From the NCBI RefSeq assembly GCF_039654945.1, contig NW_027361724.1, positions 6,138,001 through 6,202,000 of the forward strand: 64,000 bases of DNA, given 5' to 3'. Below, piece by piece: positions 49,901 through 61,585 of this stretch. A model generated the notes under the pieces. That model was not told the origin of the DNA. It made no database searches and saw nothing but the letters and a program-made list of their open reading frames with translations. The translations under genes and the position numbers were made by a program. Numbering within the stretch: the stretch's first letter is position 1; the number at the start of each line of letters is the position of its first letter. The stretch comes from Dendrobates tinctorius (Eukaryota).

Positions 49901-52568
49901 CTGCTTCCTACCCTCATACTTAAAAAGGGGAAGGTTTCCTCGTATTAGGACTTCTTGAGTACAGTGTACTTATCTTTGCCGAGGAGCAGTTGAAAGCGGC
50001 TTCTAAAACGGCATAAACTCTGCATTGAAACATCACAGCAGTATGGTGTTTTTGAAGGATGGGAGCAAATAGGTCCGTATAATGCAAAACTCACAAGAAT
50101 GTATTTTACTTTAAACGCTCCCTATAATCACAACTTGATCACCCATATACTCACCTCGCAGACTGGCCCTGCTCCTGCACACTCCGTACTGTAGAGTTTT
50201 CAGTCTGATCTGGTCTCATGATGGCAGGAGGGGGGCATCATGAGACATCTGCAATCTTCATTTTTCGTTCAAATGGAGATTCTTCTCCCTGTCTGGATGA
50301 GATTTGAAGGTGGCAATCTGATCGGTGGCCCCGTAACACGCTGCACTGGATGTTGATGCGTGGAGTCCGGCAGGGGACATACGGTAATACTGAGTGCAGG
50401 GGAGCGGCGCCGCTCTGGAAAGTGACTGCAGATTATTATGTGTAGGAAATACATACGATTCATAGAGAGTTTGCTTCATCTAACCACATTGTGGGTATGT
50501 CAAAAAATCAGAAACAAAAAGATAAAAATAATATTTCTCTTTATTCATACAATATTACAAAACACCAATTTTATAAAATAACATCCATACTGGATATAAA
50601 ATCCATATGGAGACAAACAGGCGGACAGCAAGTATGACTATGGAAACGATGGAGGGTATACATAAAACATCCTCATATACAGAGAATCCTCCATGTTGGC
50701 ACAAAAGAGCACACTAATGTATCAACCATCTAAAGTGCATAGTGCATAAAGTGTGCTACCTCAGTATAAACAGAGGAGTCCTGTCCAAAAAAGAGAGGAG
50801 AGATGAGAGGTAATCATCAGATGTAAACAAAATACATGCCAGAAATATGTAAACACATTGACAAGAGTAACAGGACTAACCAGCAATGTATAGTACATAA
50901 TAATATAAGATCCGTTACCCATATTAATGCCCAACCAGCGTACGCTGGGTAAGGGATCTTATCTTATGTACTATTCATTGCTGGTTAATTAATGAATTAT
51001 ACTAGATACTGTGGTTAGTCCTGTTACTCTTGTCAATGTGTTTACATATTTCTGACATGTACACTGCTCAAAAAAATAAAGGGAACACTTAAACAACAGA
51101 ATATAACTCCAAGTAAATCAAACCTCTGTGAAATCAAACTGTTCACTTAGGAAGCAACACTGATTGACAATCAATTTCACATGCTGTTGTGCAAATGGAA
51201 TAGACAACAGATGGAAATTATTGGCAATTATCAAGACACCCTCAATAAAGGAGTGGTTCTGCAGGTGGGGACCACAGACCACATCTCAGTACCATCTCAG
51301 TACCAAAGCTTTCTGGCTGATGTTTTGGTCACTTTTGAATGTTGGTTGTGCTTTCACACTCGTGGTTTGCTGTGTCTGTCAGCGTAGTGTCCAGAGGCTG
51401 GAGTTGCTATCAGGAGACAGGCCAGTACACCTGGAGATGTGGAGGGGGCCGTAGGAGGGCAACAACCCAGCAGCAGGACCGCTACCTCAGCCTTTGTGCA
51501 AGGAGGAACAGGAGGAGCACCATCATAGCCCTGCAAAATGACCTCCAGCAGACCACAAATGTGCATGTGTCTGCACAAATGGTTAGAAACAGACTCCGTG
51601 AGGATGGTCTGAGGGCCCAACATTCACAGATGGGGGTTGTGCTCATTCCCTGAGAGTTATCCGGCTCTGCTCCAATTGCACTACAACCTTACACACCTGC
51701 TGAGACGACCATCGGTTCTGCAGGTGGCGTGTGCATGTAATGATCCTTTAAAAGGGTTATTCGGGATATTTTTTTTTATTTGCAATGGGGTCAAGAAGTT
51801 ACCAGCATGTACTTGCGAACTACTCGCCTATTCTGCCCTGCAACCTTTCTTGGTGATTCTCTGGCTTCATGTGACCTCACGTGAATAGAGCAGCTCTCTC
51901 TTTCCTGTTCTCCTCTGTCAAGGCAATGGGGAGCCGGTTGTCAAATCAGCATGACATCGGTAGTGCCGCCCCATTGATAGCAGAGCGGAAGAGAAGGCAT
52001 TGCTCTGTCAACATGACCTCTCCGCTTGCGGAAGAATCGCCAGCAGGAATGGTCCGTGACTGCTCTGATCTGGAGTGCATCATCACACTGCAGAACAGGC
52101 TTCAGTTTGCAACTACCTGCTGGTAAATTCTTCGCCCCATTGCAAAAAAAAAAATAAAATAAATCCAAGTTAACCCCTCATAGAAAAAAGGGCACATTCT
52201 CACATGTGGACTGGTGCGTGGAGTTGTAACGTCATCGCCATTGCTCACCTCCAATCCACAAGTGAGCGTCGCCGGATCAACCCTTTAACAAAAGTTTTGT
52301 TGAATAACTGCAACCGGAGATCTTGAACGCTGTGCGGCATTGATCCAGAAGGTGTTAGAAAACAGTACATCCTTTTTTTTTTTTTTTTTTTTTTTTTTCG
52401 TATGAAAGCTTCCTCGTCATAACCAATGTGTAAATGACTGCAGGGCCTGCGCACTGCCCACGTGTTGGAATGAACGGTGGATTTCCCCCAGCAAGCGGTG
52501 CGGAAGACACCAAACTGAAGTCAAAGGATCCTTCCGAAGCCGACTCTCCCGCCTCGGTCTGTTCCTGA
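29873..52568 (+). CDS. PLEKHA3: Pleckstrin homology domain-containing family A member 3 (FAPP1), 299 aa, 8 coding exons
   Basis: Exons 29873-29912, 43611-43727, 44662-44817, 46406-46542, 46624-46788, 48268-48311, 49247-49362 and 52444-52568 sum to 900 nt, all GT-AG and in phase. Translation [95 protein letters not shown]...[19 protein letters not shown]... matches vertebrate FAPP1. There is no GLTP domain, so it is not PLEKHA8/FAPP2. Confidence 0.97.
29943..31143. repeat. ~25-31-bp minisatellite (GTATGGGGGGAGCAGTATTATATGT[GT]n), left part
   Basis: Tandem array starting ~30 bp into PLEKHA3 intron 1; it continues after the retrotransposon. Confidence 0.95.
32024..32619 (-). CDS. SGNH/GDSL-type hydrolase ORF of the Ngaro element
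   Basis: VWVLGHSF (block I Ser), RGIRG (II), LHAGGNDL (III), DGVH (V). Open frame of ~198 codons without a 5' ATG, preceded by acceptor TCTTGTTTCTTACAG. Confidence 0.85.
32639..33607 (-). pseudogene. Tyrosine recombinase ORF with a premature stop
   Basis: [15 protein letters not shown] and HSFRI*AATEAA...[14 protein letters not shown]. The TGA at 32747-32749 (expected GGA) removes the catalytic W/Y segment. Confidence 0.88.
33517..35226 (-). pseudogene. Reverse transcriptase / RNase H of the Ngaro element, interrupted
   Basis: [41 protein letters not shown] and FLGIEIDT, then a stop at 34294 and resumption at [11 protein letters not shown]...DLSVW (RNase H-like). Confidence 0.9.
35054..36848 (-). 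pseudogene. Gag-like ORF1 of the Ngaro element (stop/frameshift in the 5' part)
   Basis: [32 protein letters not shown] and a Cys/His finger [28 protein letters not shown]. The Ser/Arg-rich 5' segment 36873-36565 ends in a stop. It overlaps the RT ORF. Confidence 0.75.
36092..36472. repeat. 51-bp tandem repeat inside the gag-like ORF
   Basis: GATGGTGGAGCATGTGGCAGCCGATGACTGCTGTCTGCCCGTGGTGGATAT, ~7 copies, with two shortened units. Confidence 0.9.
38007..38144. other. Assembly gap (138 N)
   Basis: Run of N. Confidence 1.
38145..39363 (+). mobile_element. Intact Tc1-family transposon, DD36E (Incomer-type), ~1.22 kb
   Basis: TIRs CTCACTGGCCACTTTATTAGGTACACC (38145, tip lost in the gap) and GGTGTACCTAATAAAGTGGCCAGTGAGTG-TA (39335-39363). 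Confidence 0.93.
38291..39331 (+). CDS. Tc1-family transposase, 346 aa, DD36E catalytic spacing
   Basis: Paired-like HTH N-terminus, [21 protein letters not shown] and [15 protein letters not shown]. 36 residues lie between the second D and the E. Uninterrupted ORF. Confidence 0.95.
39930..40860. repeat. Same minisatellite, right part
   Basis: Identical unit resumes immediately after the element end at 39929. Confidence 0.95.
43611..43727 (+). CDS. PLEKHA3: PLEKHA3 coding exon 2 (PH domain)
   Basis: TTGCAG|[47 protein letters not shown]|GTATGT. Confidence 0.96.
44662..44817 (+). CDS. PLEKHA3: PLEKHA3 coding exon 3 (PH domain)
   Basis: CTCAG|..[51 protein letters not shown]..|GTGGGT. Confidence 0.96.
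45720..46018 (+). mobile_element. Probable L2-type LINE 3' tail
   Basis: AGACTGTAAGCTTGCGAGCAGGGCCCTC...TGTAAAGTGCTACGGAATATGTCGGCGCTATAAAAATAAA followed by a (TTA/TAA)n tail. Confidence 0.6.
46146..46184 (-). ncRNA. Degenerate minimal type I hammerhead ribozyme motif (Penelope-like element remnant)
   Basis: The minus strand reads GATC-CTGACGA-AGGAGTTACA-GAAAC-GCGC-GTC-GGGGTG. Core boxes and cleavage triplet are present; stems I and II are weak. Confidence 0.4.
46406..46542 (+). CDS. PLEKHA3: PLEKHA3 coding exon 4
   Basis: [45 protein letters not shown] with AG/GT flanks. Confidence 0.95.
46624..46788 (+). CDS. PLEKHA3: PLEKHA3 coding exon 5
   Basis: [55 protein letters not shown] with AG/GT flanks. 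Confidence 0.95.
47519..48007. mobile_element. TTAA-flanked palindromic MITE (Kolobok/T2-like)
   Basis: TTAA-AGGGG...CCCT-TTAA with long internal inverted arms (AAACAGGCAGGTGGTTGCTACTT / AAGTAGCAACCACCTGCCTGTTT; CACAGAGCGGTCACAGAC / GTCTGTGACCGCTCTGTG). Confidence 0.75.
48268..48311 (+). CDS. PLEKHA3: PLEKHA3 coding exon 6
   Basis: TTTAG|[15 protein letters not shown]|GTGAAT, 44 nt. Confidence 0.92.
48462..49177. mobile_element. Palindromic MITE (TAGTRATGAGCGA-type ends) hosting a nested MITE
   Basis: The two halves are imperfect inverted repeats. Related copies occur at ~54060-54200 and ~56640-56892. Confidence 0.6.
48590..49020. mobile_element. PIF/Harbinger-like MITE
   Basis: TIR GGCTAGTTTCACACTAGCGTTTATTCCAC and its reverse complement; near-complete fold-back; flanks TAA/TCA. 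Confidence 0.8.
49247..49362 (+). CDS. PLEKHA3: PLEKHA3 coding exon 7
   Basis: [38 protein letters not shown], donor A|GTAAGT. Confidence 0.92.
51062..51647 (+). mobile_element. 5' fragment of a Tc1-like transposon
   Basis: TA-CACTGCTCAAAAAAATAAAGGGAACACTT end and a transposase remnant [56 protein letters not shown]. Confidence 0.8.
52444..52568 (+). CDS. PLEKHA3: PLEKHA3 terminal coding exon 8
   Basis: TGCAG|[42 protein letters not shown], in phase with exon 7 and similar to the vertebrate RPVHC..LNG tail. Confidence 0.85.
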
Positions 52569-53004
52569 AGCTTGAGAGAGAGGAACCGTAGGCGTTTGAT
52601 GTACTTTGTATCCGTCCTGCTATGCAAAGGCAGCTGGTGTCAGACTCTCGCTGCACAGAAGCGTCGTTTGTTGGACCCTTTCGATGGATTTCGCTGCACT
52701 TTATATAATGCTGTAAGAGCAAACTTTGAAGTGAGTTTTATCTTTGTACAGTTTTATTTGCAAAAGTATTTTCCTACTAACCCTTCACGGTCTGAGTAGT
52801 GTGCATTCTCAATCGAGCCGCTGTATAACACACCTAGAATATGCAATTATTTTTCTTGATTTTTTTTTTTTTCTTTTAACATTCAACAAACTGATACGGA
52901 CTTAGTAGAAGTGGTGGTGGGGGTATATATACACAATTCACACAGGGTCACTCCGCGTTGCTGCCCTCAGATGAAAAAGATATACAGATAAAATCAGTTT
53001 GACA

Positions 53005-53043
<39 letters not shown>

Positions 53044-56000
53044 TCCCGATGGATGCAGCCCCTAAGCAAAAAAAAAAAATCGTGACACCATCACAGGATG
53101 TTCACCGAGAAACTGCCTACATTACTAAATAGACCTCTGACGGCATCTCTCACTCTGTAGCTGGATATAATATTCTTATTTTTAATATTTGGATTATACC
53201 GACATTCTAATATGGAATTTGTTTTCAACGTAAGTACACCAGCCTCATTAGGTTTAAGGCTTATTTATTAATGTGCGCACGTTTGCTATGTGAAATCTGG
53301 TGACAGTGGATTTGTGAATCATAACCTGAAACCAATGAAAGTACATTTATTTTAATGGCGTATTGTTTTCAAAATCAAAAAGAGGAGAAATTATGGAATT
53401 TGTAAAATTAAAAGAAAAGTTACTTTGCTGCTGATCTGCAGCTTTAACTCTTATAGGCCTGGACTTACTGATAATGATATTTGTAGAATAAACTGGTCCC
53501 ATCTTTCTCGACGAGCAGGTGAAGGATTGACTTTTAGGATGTGGAGACTTATTTACCAATTTTTTTTTTTTTTATTTCAGCCATATTTTTTTTTAACCAG
53601 ATTGAGATCCAGAGTTGATATTGATTTTCCTGAACAAAAGCTGTTACGGGTATGATGTGTTTTAGCTGTGGATTTTCTTTGCCGCTATCCTTGCGGAAAA
53701 TCGGTAGAGTAAAAGCGTACCAACTAAGTACAGAGATTTCCACAAATGTCATCTAGAAGTTGCCGGAAGTCCCGAGTATGTCAGGTCTTTGAGTGGAGGT
53801 CATAGCAGATTTCTCTCTTTGCAAGGGGGAAAATCTACAGCAAAATCCACATTTAATACATAGAGCAAATCTCCATGTGGACTTCACCTTTTATTCTTTA
53901 AGCCTTGTTCACACACTGCATTTTTCAGCACGTTTCTGTCGCAGGAAAAAAAAACTGTTTTACAGTAGTAGCAACTCGAATGAGAGATCTGCTTATTTTT
54001 TCCTTGCTGATTTGAACCATCAAAGCGTTTTTGTTTTTTTTTAACGTCTGTGTATAATCGCATGTTTTGTGGCTGTCTTAACAGCTGTGAAACATGTGGC
54101 CATGTGGACTCTAACCTGTCACTCGAGCACCCACGATCTTCTGCTCATACCCCGAGCACCATAGGGAAAGTCGAGTAGTGAGGGTTTGCGCTCATCACTA
54201 ATGATCATGTAGGTATGGCGATCTATGATCAGCACCCAATACACAAGATTCCGGTAGACTTTCATTCATAATTTTGGGAGCTAAGTGTATTTTTCATGCA
54301 TTCAACGTTCTTACAAGGTCCAAATCCACCATGGAGGAAAAAAAAAACACCCCAAAAAAACATTTTCTGACCTGTTTGGTCTTCACTGTGTTCTGCGTGT
54401 GGCCTCTGAGCAGCTCAGTGACCTTTATGCAATGTCAAAAGACATTCTAGATGATGATTGGATGATCAATGACGTCCAGGTCAAATTATACTTCTGCCAA
54501 AAATGTTTTGGGTTGAAGAAAGCGAGACTTGCGACCTCCACGGGTTTTTGAAGCCTCACGGACAATCTGGGCAGCCGGTGGTTCTGTAGCTGTTGTGAGA
54601 CTACAACTCCCGGCATAAGAGCGGTGGTCTCTCGATGACTACAGAAGAAAATTGCAGTTTGTTTACTTTCGATGTAAATACTTTTATGCCCAAAAAAGAC
54701 ACAAGTATTCTAAGAGTGATACCTTTTATTAGCTAACATTAAAAATTATATTTGCATATTTCTTGCATGTATCGCTCCTAAAATACTTTTGGCTTTCTTG
54801 GGCTTAAAGGTATTTACATTGAAATCGAGTACTAAGCCTGTGATAGTTACATAATGGGTAAAATTCTCTGTCCTTCATGGTTGGCTCTTTCCAGTGATTC
54901 AAGCTTTTAGGAAAGTTGGAAGAACTTTTCGGTAAACTGCAACCTTTGTGCTGACGAATGAATTTTCCATATTTCTCCCGTGAAATGTGTTTGTCTTATG
55001 AGGCCATCTCCTCTTCTAATCCGGCACTTTCACATTTGCTGAATAGAATGGTCTTTGCTAATTAACATGGCCAATAAAGATGCGGTGAATCTCTGCTGTG
55101 CGCACTTGCGAGGGGCCGGTGGTCGCCTAATTGTGCAGACATTGGCTGCTGCGGGTTGGTGGCGTCTCAAACATTGAGCCAACTGCGTCACCTCCTCCTT
55201 AGGGCACATTCAGATGTCTGTAAAAGTCGGTCTGCGATCAGCTGCAGTGTACAGACTGAACGCCGGTCTCCCTACCTGATCGGGACAGCTTCATATATTC
55301 CTATGAGGCTGTCACGTTCGGCTTGGGAGACTCTTCGCCAGTCTGTGCATTGCGGGACGATATAAACTGACATCTAAATGCGCCTCTGAGTTGTCTTTGA
55401 AGTTTTTGGAGCGGGGACTCAGTGGAAACCTTCGAAATCAAACTCAAAACGCCTCAACATCCTGGAATTTCTGCTGAAATACAAATCTCGGCAAAAAGAC
55501 TCCTACCCCAGGCTTTGAGCTGTGTCCCCTAAAGTCAGTTTATGGTTAAAAAAAAAAACGTGTGCGGAGAAAGTACCCATCATCATCATAGCGTCAACCA
55601 GCAGATCACTGTGGGACAACTGAAGCGTCTGGGGATAACTGCTGCATGCAGCCAAATTTCCACAGCAGGGAATTGATCACACACACTCCTTTTCCACAAG
55701 ACTGGCATCTTGTGGTGTGGCTGCCGCAAACGTCTAGTCACTATGCCCACCCATGGGCACCAGCGCGTGCATACGCTTCTGGTAACGCTGAGACGTTGCC
55801 TGCAAACTCGTGGGCTGTTTTGCAGATGCAGGTGGGCACAACTGTGTGAACGTGGCCTAAGAGGGCTTCAATAATCCCCACTATAGAATGTGGAAGATAT
55901 TAAAGCTTATAAAATATCATTATTTTCTATTTTACATGTATTTGTTGTCTTTAGGATGGAAAAAAGAATGACAGCGCCTCTTTAATTGGTTGTTGGTTTG

Positions 56001-57211
56001 TTCGTCAACAGTCATGAACACACGTTCACCCCGCAGGTATAACAAACCATTGCATGTGCTAGAGTTTGGAATCTGTAGGTAGAACCTGTGTGCTAGGCCA
56101 TAACGAATAAGGGAAAACCATCTCCAATCTCGGACTCCCCAACTGTGGTATAACTACAGCTCTCCGCCTCGCCGGGCTTCCTGCCCTTCTCTCGTGAATG
56201 CTAGGAATTAGTTCTGCAACAGCTGGATTATCACAGGCTGCGACCCCTCAGTAGGAAAAAAGGCTCCACATGCTTGGTGCATCAGTAATTACTGCAGCCG
56301 TATTTGAATTTCTAAAGTTCAAGTATTTAACTGCGCTCACACCTGACAGTCTAAGGGGTAACTACTTTTTAAGTAACTTTTCAGAAGAAGCCGTCCTTTG
56401 TATGTGTATATGAGGAATACCATATTTCTGGCCATTATATGACCAGTATGCTGCATTCTTACTAGTTCTCCCCTTTGCGGGCTTTATATCTTAAATAGCA
56501 ATTGAGCTGGTGGGTGAAAATCAACATCTATGATGTCTCCCATACACCTCGGAGCACACAGGGATGGATTCCTGCTCTTAATCCTTTTTGTTAGTACAGA
56601 GGCAGCAGTATGGCGGAAAATTATACAGCAGTTCCGGGTAGTGAGCAAGCGTGCCAAGATAAGGTGTTATCCTCGGCATGTTTGAGTAGTATGTTTGAGT
56701 CCCAGCGGCTGCATGTCTCGCGGCTGTTCGGCAGCTGCAACACATGCAGGGATGACCTAACAAACAGGTAATCCCTACATGTGTCACGGCTGTCGAAAAG
56801 CCGCGAAGCATGCAGCTACAGCGGACTCAATTATAGTATTAGATTACGCCAAAGATCCTCTATTAGCACTCGAGCATGCTTGCTTATCACTAGTTCTGAG
56901 CTGTGTAGATGTGAATCCATCACGGAGACTTGTTAGAAAGCTCAACATAATCTATTTTGCAGGTTTTTTTTTTTTTTTAAACTCTGTTCTTCTCTCATCC
57001 TCCCGCTCCCCTTTACATAGAATATAATAGGAGGAAAAGGTGTAACGTGATGCCACAGAGAGCTAGCGAGACGAATTTGAGCTGAATTTCAGAGTAGATG
57101 TTGAGCTCAGAAGGCAGGTTGCGAAATGTGTCATAAGTGGAGAAAGGATAAAATTTTATCGGCGACGATATTTTCTAAAGTTTATTTGTACTTTTGATTT
57201 ATGCAGAGTTA

Positions 57212-57444
57212 GGCTAGTTTCACACTAGCGTTTTGGAGCAGGTTGCGTTTGGCGCAGGTCGGCGCACCGTCAAAAGGACGCATGCGCCGCCAAACGCATA
57301 CTGCGCACGGCCTGCGCCCCCTGTGATAAAGATAGGGGATGCAGCGTCATGCGTCGGTGGGCGGAGCTACCGGCAGGGGCGGGGCTTAGCGGCGGCCATG
57401 CGCAGGCCGTCGCTGCGCTCCAAAACGCTAGTGTGAAACTAGCC
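57212..57444. mobile_element. PIF/Harbinger-like MITE, same TIR family as 48590-49020
   Basis: TTA-GGCTAGTTTCACACTAGCGTTTTGGAGC...GCTCCAAAACGCTAGTGTGAAACTAGCC-TTA (TTA duplication). Confidence 0.85.
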
Positions 57445-58618
57445 TTAGTTGAAAGTACAGTGACCATTTGCGCCATCTCCTAAGCTCTACTGACTGAGGT
57501 CCGGGATGCTGTTGCCTTTGTTAGCTAATATAGCATGTTTACCCGTCCTGCAGAGACACTTGTACATCAGTACCCTGGTTTCATTCGGCTGTAATGCGCC
57601 CTACTATAGATGTTACTTCAGGACCTTCCACTTTTCTACTGAAAGGAACTTGGGTCACCACAGAACCCTTCAGAAATCTCCAGTCCAGTTTATTAGAACT
57701 GCGGAAAGTTAGATTTGATAGTCTGAACTGCAATGTCTGAGCCACCAAATGGTCTACTGACCTGACCTCGATAGCCTCATGGGCATTTGAGGGCACAACT
57801 CTGAATTCAGACTGTGAATGTTGGATTCTTGAAGTTTAAGATCTGTCCGTAACTTTCTCTGACCCAAAAGGTTAAGGGATAAGCTCTGTTAAACCTGGCC
57901 CATTATTAGATCACAGTACGATGGAGTGAAACTCCCTGAGCTTAATAATAGCTGCACGACTTCCATTAAATTTGCCGCGTTCTTCCCTTCAGGCAGAAAA
58001 CAAAGCCTATCGAAACCTTTCCAGCCAGGCCTTCAAGAAAAGTCACAAATTTTGTAGCTCCGTTATGGCACGTACTGTAACTTGTGACTTATCTACCACA
58101 AAATACCAGCGTAAATTAATTGATAAATTCCATCTCCTTTGTTTTATTTCTCTTCTGTGACGGCTGCCCATCCCATACACAAGTCACCGATGAGTCTACG
58201 CGAGAACCCGTGCACTGCCGTCTCCCAAGCCGTGAAATCCGTTTACACTTTATTTTATACTTTTTATTTCAGGAAAGTGAACCTTCGTTACTACAACACG
58301 CACTGTAACCAATTTTTGTGAACTATCTTGAATAAGTTTGTCGTCTGCTAAAAAAGTTGAGCTGCTTCACCTAAAAAAAAAAAAAATTTTTTTGTAAGCG
58401 ATGAAATTGTTAAAAAAAAAAAAAAAAAATCTGTACTTCAGATTTCTAAAAAAATAAGTGTAGTTTTCATTGATTTCTTTGACCACGTGACTGCCATAAT
58501 ATGCAAACATCTGTGTATAGAAGGGAATAAGGAGCAGGCGATATAAAACGCCAGTAACTGCAGCTCAGCTAGCCACATGGGCTAATGAGGTGGGCCACTA
58601 TATTTTTGGACAGAAGTA

Positions 58619-59818
58619 CACGGAGAGCCATTTATATGGATACACCTAAATAAAATGGGAATGGTTGGTGATATCAACTTCCTGTTTGTGGCACATTAGT
58701 ATATGGGAGGGGGAAAACTTTTCAAGATGGGTGGTGACCATGGCGGACGTTTTGAAGTCGGCCATTTTGGATCCAACCTCGTTCCAGTGGGAAGAGGGTC
58801 ATGTGACACATCAAACTTATTGAGAATTTCACAAGAAAAACAATGGTGTGCTTGGTTTTAACATAACTTTATTCTTTCATGAGTTATTTACAAGTTTATG
58901 ACCACTTATAAAATGTGTTCAAAGTGCTGCCCATTGTGTTGGATTGTCAATGCAACCCTCTTCTCCCACTCTTGACACACTGATAGCAACACCGCAGAAG
59001 AAATGCTAGCACAGGCTTCCAGTATCCGTTGTTTTAGATGCTGCACCTCTCGTATCTCGTATCTTCACAGCATAGACAATTGCCTTCAGATGACTCCAAA
59101 GATAGAAGTCTAAGGGGGTCAGATCGGGAGACCTTGGTGGCCATTCAGCTGGCCCACAACGACCAATCCATTTTCCAGGAAACTGTTCATGTAGGAATGG
59201 ACCTGACTCCATATGCTGTGGTATATGGGGTACAAAGATAGTGGGGCCATTCTTCATCAATGGAAACCTCAATGCCATTGGAGATCTGAAATTGCTACAT
59301 GATGATGTGTTGCCCTGTTTATGCACTGAAGATGGCTCGTTCCCTGTGTTTTTCCAGCAAGTTGGTGCATCACCGCATTATGGGTGACAGGTCCAAGCAT
59401 TCCTACAAGGAATCTGAACCCCTTAGACTAGCATTTATTCTGTGGTGTTGCTATCAGTGTGTCAAGAGTGGGAGAAGAGGGTTGCATTGACAATCCAACA
59501 CAATGGGCAGCACTTAAGTTTGAACACATTTTATAAGGGGTCATAAACTTGTAAATATCTCATGAAAGAATAAAGTTGCGTTAAAACCAAGCACACCATT
59601 GCTTTTCTTGTGAAATTCTCAATAAGTTTGTGTCACATGACCCTCTTCTCATTGGAAAAAATAAAGCTGGATCCAAAATGGCCGACTTCAGAATCATGGC
59701 CACCACCCATCTTGAAAAGTTTCCCCCCTCCCATATACTAATGTGCCACAAACAGGAAGTTGATATCACCAACCATTCCCATTTTATTTAGGTGTATCAA
59801 AATAAATGGCCCACCCTG
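58619..59818 (-). mobile_element. Internally deleted Tc1/mariner-superfamily element with ~380-bp TIRs (rosa/maT-like DDD transposase remnant)
   Basis: TA flanks and long inverted arms (~58619-58975 vs ~59465-59818). Remnant peptide FPGKWIGRCGPAEWPPRSPDLTPLDFYLWSHLKAIVY. Confidence 0.82.
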
Positions 59819-61107
59819 TAGATGATTTATCTTGGTGGTGAATGGATATTCAAAGATGTCCGGCCGTACAACCTAAATTCTGTATGACGCAAGTGACTGT
59901 ACATCTGTAATAGTTCCTAAAAATCGAAATCTGCGCTGTATACTTACTGAAGGTTATGCATACTTGTGTCACGTGTAACTTGGAACTATAGCTGCAAAAA
60001 AACATGCATTATTAAAGGAATTTTCTTGGTTTTATGACAAAGTTGCCAAGAGCATAGAGCTATTCGCCTGATCGGCTCCATTAAAGGCTCCCCGGTGGTC
60101 CCCACTGGTCTCTGCATTTATCCAGTGGTGATCACAGGCCAACCAAATGGCTTCAGAGGAGGTGATTAATGACAGATGGGAGCAGACTGGTGGGGACCAC
60201 TGGAACATAGAAGATTTTATTTATATTATCGCCTTCAACCATGAACGTGGCATCTATTAACCAATGAGGAACCGGTCTGATGCCAGGAGATCTCTTCCCA
60301 CACCATACTGCTTACAGTTCAATCAAATTAAACCTATTATTTGAAGATACCTACCTGTTGTAGATCAGGATGATGCCCAGAAAAATGATCTCAAGTGGTT
60401 GCAGGCGCGTGGCAAAAGGAGGACGATCACTGGGGAATATTCCTTCCCCTGGTTTATTCCCACAACTAAATCTACTTGGCTAAAATCAAGCCAAATTTTT
60501 AATATATATATTTTGTGTGTGAATGTATTTCTATATTGTCAGGGATTGTAGTGATCAATGCTTTCATATTGGTAGACCTATAGGATGGAGCCGAGGGGTT
60601 TGCCTGGCAGTCACTTATTTCCATTGTCCTAATGCTAATGATGCAATTCTATTCTTGTTTCTTTTTGTGAATTTATTTAATTGCCAATGAAGATGCCAAA
60701 AAGTAAATCTATTGTATTTGGAGAACTAAAAAAAAAACCAAAAAAAAACACCACATTTGATTGTTTTACGAATTGTAATATTTTATAAACCTTGTAAATC
60801 TGAGCCATTGGAACGTGTCATATTTTGTTTTTTATTTTATGATGCAGTTTACATAATAAACCAAATAAATGGCAAAATGTTTTTGTGTTATTCTATTCCA
60901 TTTTCCTATCAAACAAAATTAGCCTATACCCTGTAGTAAGTAAATGGTAATATTACATGGAAATAACACCGGGTACTTCACACTATTTTGGTCAAAAAAG
61001 CATAAAAGCCATCACACCTTATCACGACGTGAAACCAACTGGGGTGGTTCCATCCAGTCTCTGATATTAGAACCTCACCTGTGTCAACCAACCTCAAAAT
61101 CAAAATG

Positions 61108-61545
61108 CAATGGCTTGCGAAAGTTTTCACCCATTTGGCTTTTTTATCTATTTTGTTACATTAGTACCAGTGTTTTTAAATATTTTTGTAATCTGATTAG
61201 TGTGTGATACATGAGCACTAAATAGTCTAAGTTCAGTGAGAAAAATATATGCATACATTTTAAATGTATAAAAATTGTCATGTATATGTATTCATACCTT
61301 TTGCTATGAAGCCCCTAAAAATTTCTGGTGCAAATAATTACCTTCATAAGACTCATGGTCAGTGACAGGATGTCCACCTGTGTGCCATGTAAGAGTCACA
61401 TGTATGTCACTCTTTACCTTTTCTGAAAGGCCACAGAGGCTTCAACACCATTAACAAGAGGCATCACTAACCAAACACCATGAAGACCGAGGAGATCTCC
61501 AAACAAGTCCGGGACAAAGATGCTCAGAAGTAAAAGTCAGGGTTG

Positions 61546-61585
<40 letters not shown>

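Noticed and set aside
29873-52568. PLEKHA8/FAPP2 as an alternative identity
   Set aside because: The protein ends at 299 aa with a FAPP1-type C-terminus and no glycolipid-transfer domain.
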